Source: Akkermansia muciniphila (GTDB lineage Bacteria > Verrucomicrobiota > Verrucomicrobiia > Limisphaerales > UBA1100). From it: a DNA stretch of 60,041 nt. The position numbers were made by a program, and so were the translations under genes. The DNA is taken from assembly GCA_945903605.1 (NCBI GenBank), contig CAMDOH010000006.1, positions 1 through 60,041 of the forward strand, given 5' to 3'. The notes below the pieces were generated by a model. That model searched no databases and was not told where the DNA came from. It worked only from the letters and a program-made list of their open reading frames with translations. Below are positions 59,410-60,041 of the stretch, piece after piece; positions within the stretch are counted from its first letter, which is position 1, and each line of letters starts with the position of its first letter.

Positions 59410-60041
59410 TCAGTAGAGCCATTTGGAAATGTGTGCGCCCTCATCGAGGCTCACGCCCTGTCGGCGATAGGCCCAGCACATGTAGCTGACACTGACGAAA
59501 TAGGACGCGGGCAGCCGATTGGCCGCGCATATTTTTACACCCAGCAGCGTTGTCTTGCCGCCAAAACCCATCGGGCCGATCCCCAGTTCGTTGGCGGTGT
59601 TCAACACGTCTTTTTCCAGCGCGTCCAGTTCCGCATTCGGGTTGTGGTCGTCGAGCACGCGCAGGAATTGTTGTTTGGAAAACTCGTAACCCGTGGCGCG
59701 GTCGCCGCCGATGCAGACGCCCAGAATACCCGGCCCGCAGCCTTTGCCCTGCGCCTGCAGCACCGCATCGAGCATCGCGCGCCGACAGCCGCCGAGGTCG
59801 CGATTGGCGTGGAGCTTTTCATCCGGCAAAGAATATTGCGCGCCGACATTCTCGCAGCCGCCGCCTTTGAGCATCAACCGCACGCTCACCGCCGGCTCGC
59901 GGTGTTGATGAAAATGAATCGTGGGCGCGCCCGGCCCGACATTCGTGCCGTCGTTTTTCCCCGTGAGCGAGTCCACGGAATTCTGGCGCAGATAACCCTT
60001 CTTCGTCGCCGCCGTCACCGCCGCGCGCGCCGTCTCCTCAA
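59410..60041 (-). CDS. Fe-S fumarate/tartrate hydratase, alpha subunit (5' end outside window)
   Basis: LRQNSVD, KGGGCEN, GCGP, GIGPMGFGG, RLPAS, MCWAYR. Confidence 0.9.
   Translation of the reverse strand, partial: EETARAAVTAATKKGYLRQNSVDSLTGKNDGTNVGPGAPTIHFHQHREPAVSVRLMLKGGGCENVGAQYSLPDEKLHANRDLGGCRRAMLDAVLQAQGKGCGPGILGVCIGGDRATGYEFSKQQFLRVLDDHNPNAELDALEKDVLNTANELGIGPMGFGGKTTLLGVKICAANRLPASYFVSVSYMCWAYRRQGVSLDEGAHISKWLY

Noticed and set aside
58833-60041. Split alpha/beta fumarate hydratase as a broken gene
   Set aside because: Two-subunit Fe-S hydratases are a normal, widespread architecture.

Overview
A gene-dense, GC-rich bacterial chromosomal window. The gene content (DUF1501, DUF1549/DUF1553, planctomycete-type cytochrome c, DUF1080, PQQ-like propeller, DUF4032) suggests the PVC superphylum, probably Verrucomicrobia (inference). 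It holds about 42 intact or edge-truncated CDSs, one tRNA-Arg(CCT), a multiply deleted ppk1 pseudogene, a PyrR attenuator and several sigma70-like promoters that appear to give leaderless mRNAs. No CRISPR array, integrase or IS element was seen. The most interesting parts are: (1) a ~15 kb minus-strand operon of uncharacterised exported proteins (4x DUF1501, a DUF1549/1553 heme protein, a PPC-domain protein and a cytochrome c-WD40 protein), in which two different proteins share a homologous ~95 aa Ala/Lys coiled-coil insert; (2) a ferredoxin / Tat intradiol-dioxygenase-like / DUF116-polyprenyl synthase fusion / prenyltransferase-barrel cluster, a candidate unknown isoprenoid pathway; (3) an orphan Campylobacter-type PglB/STT3 oligosaccharyltransferase. 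Family names are recognised from motifs by eye, not from database searches.
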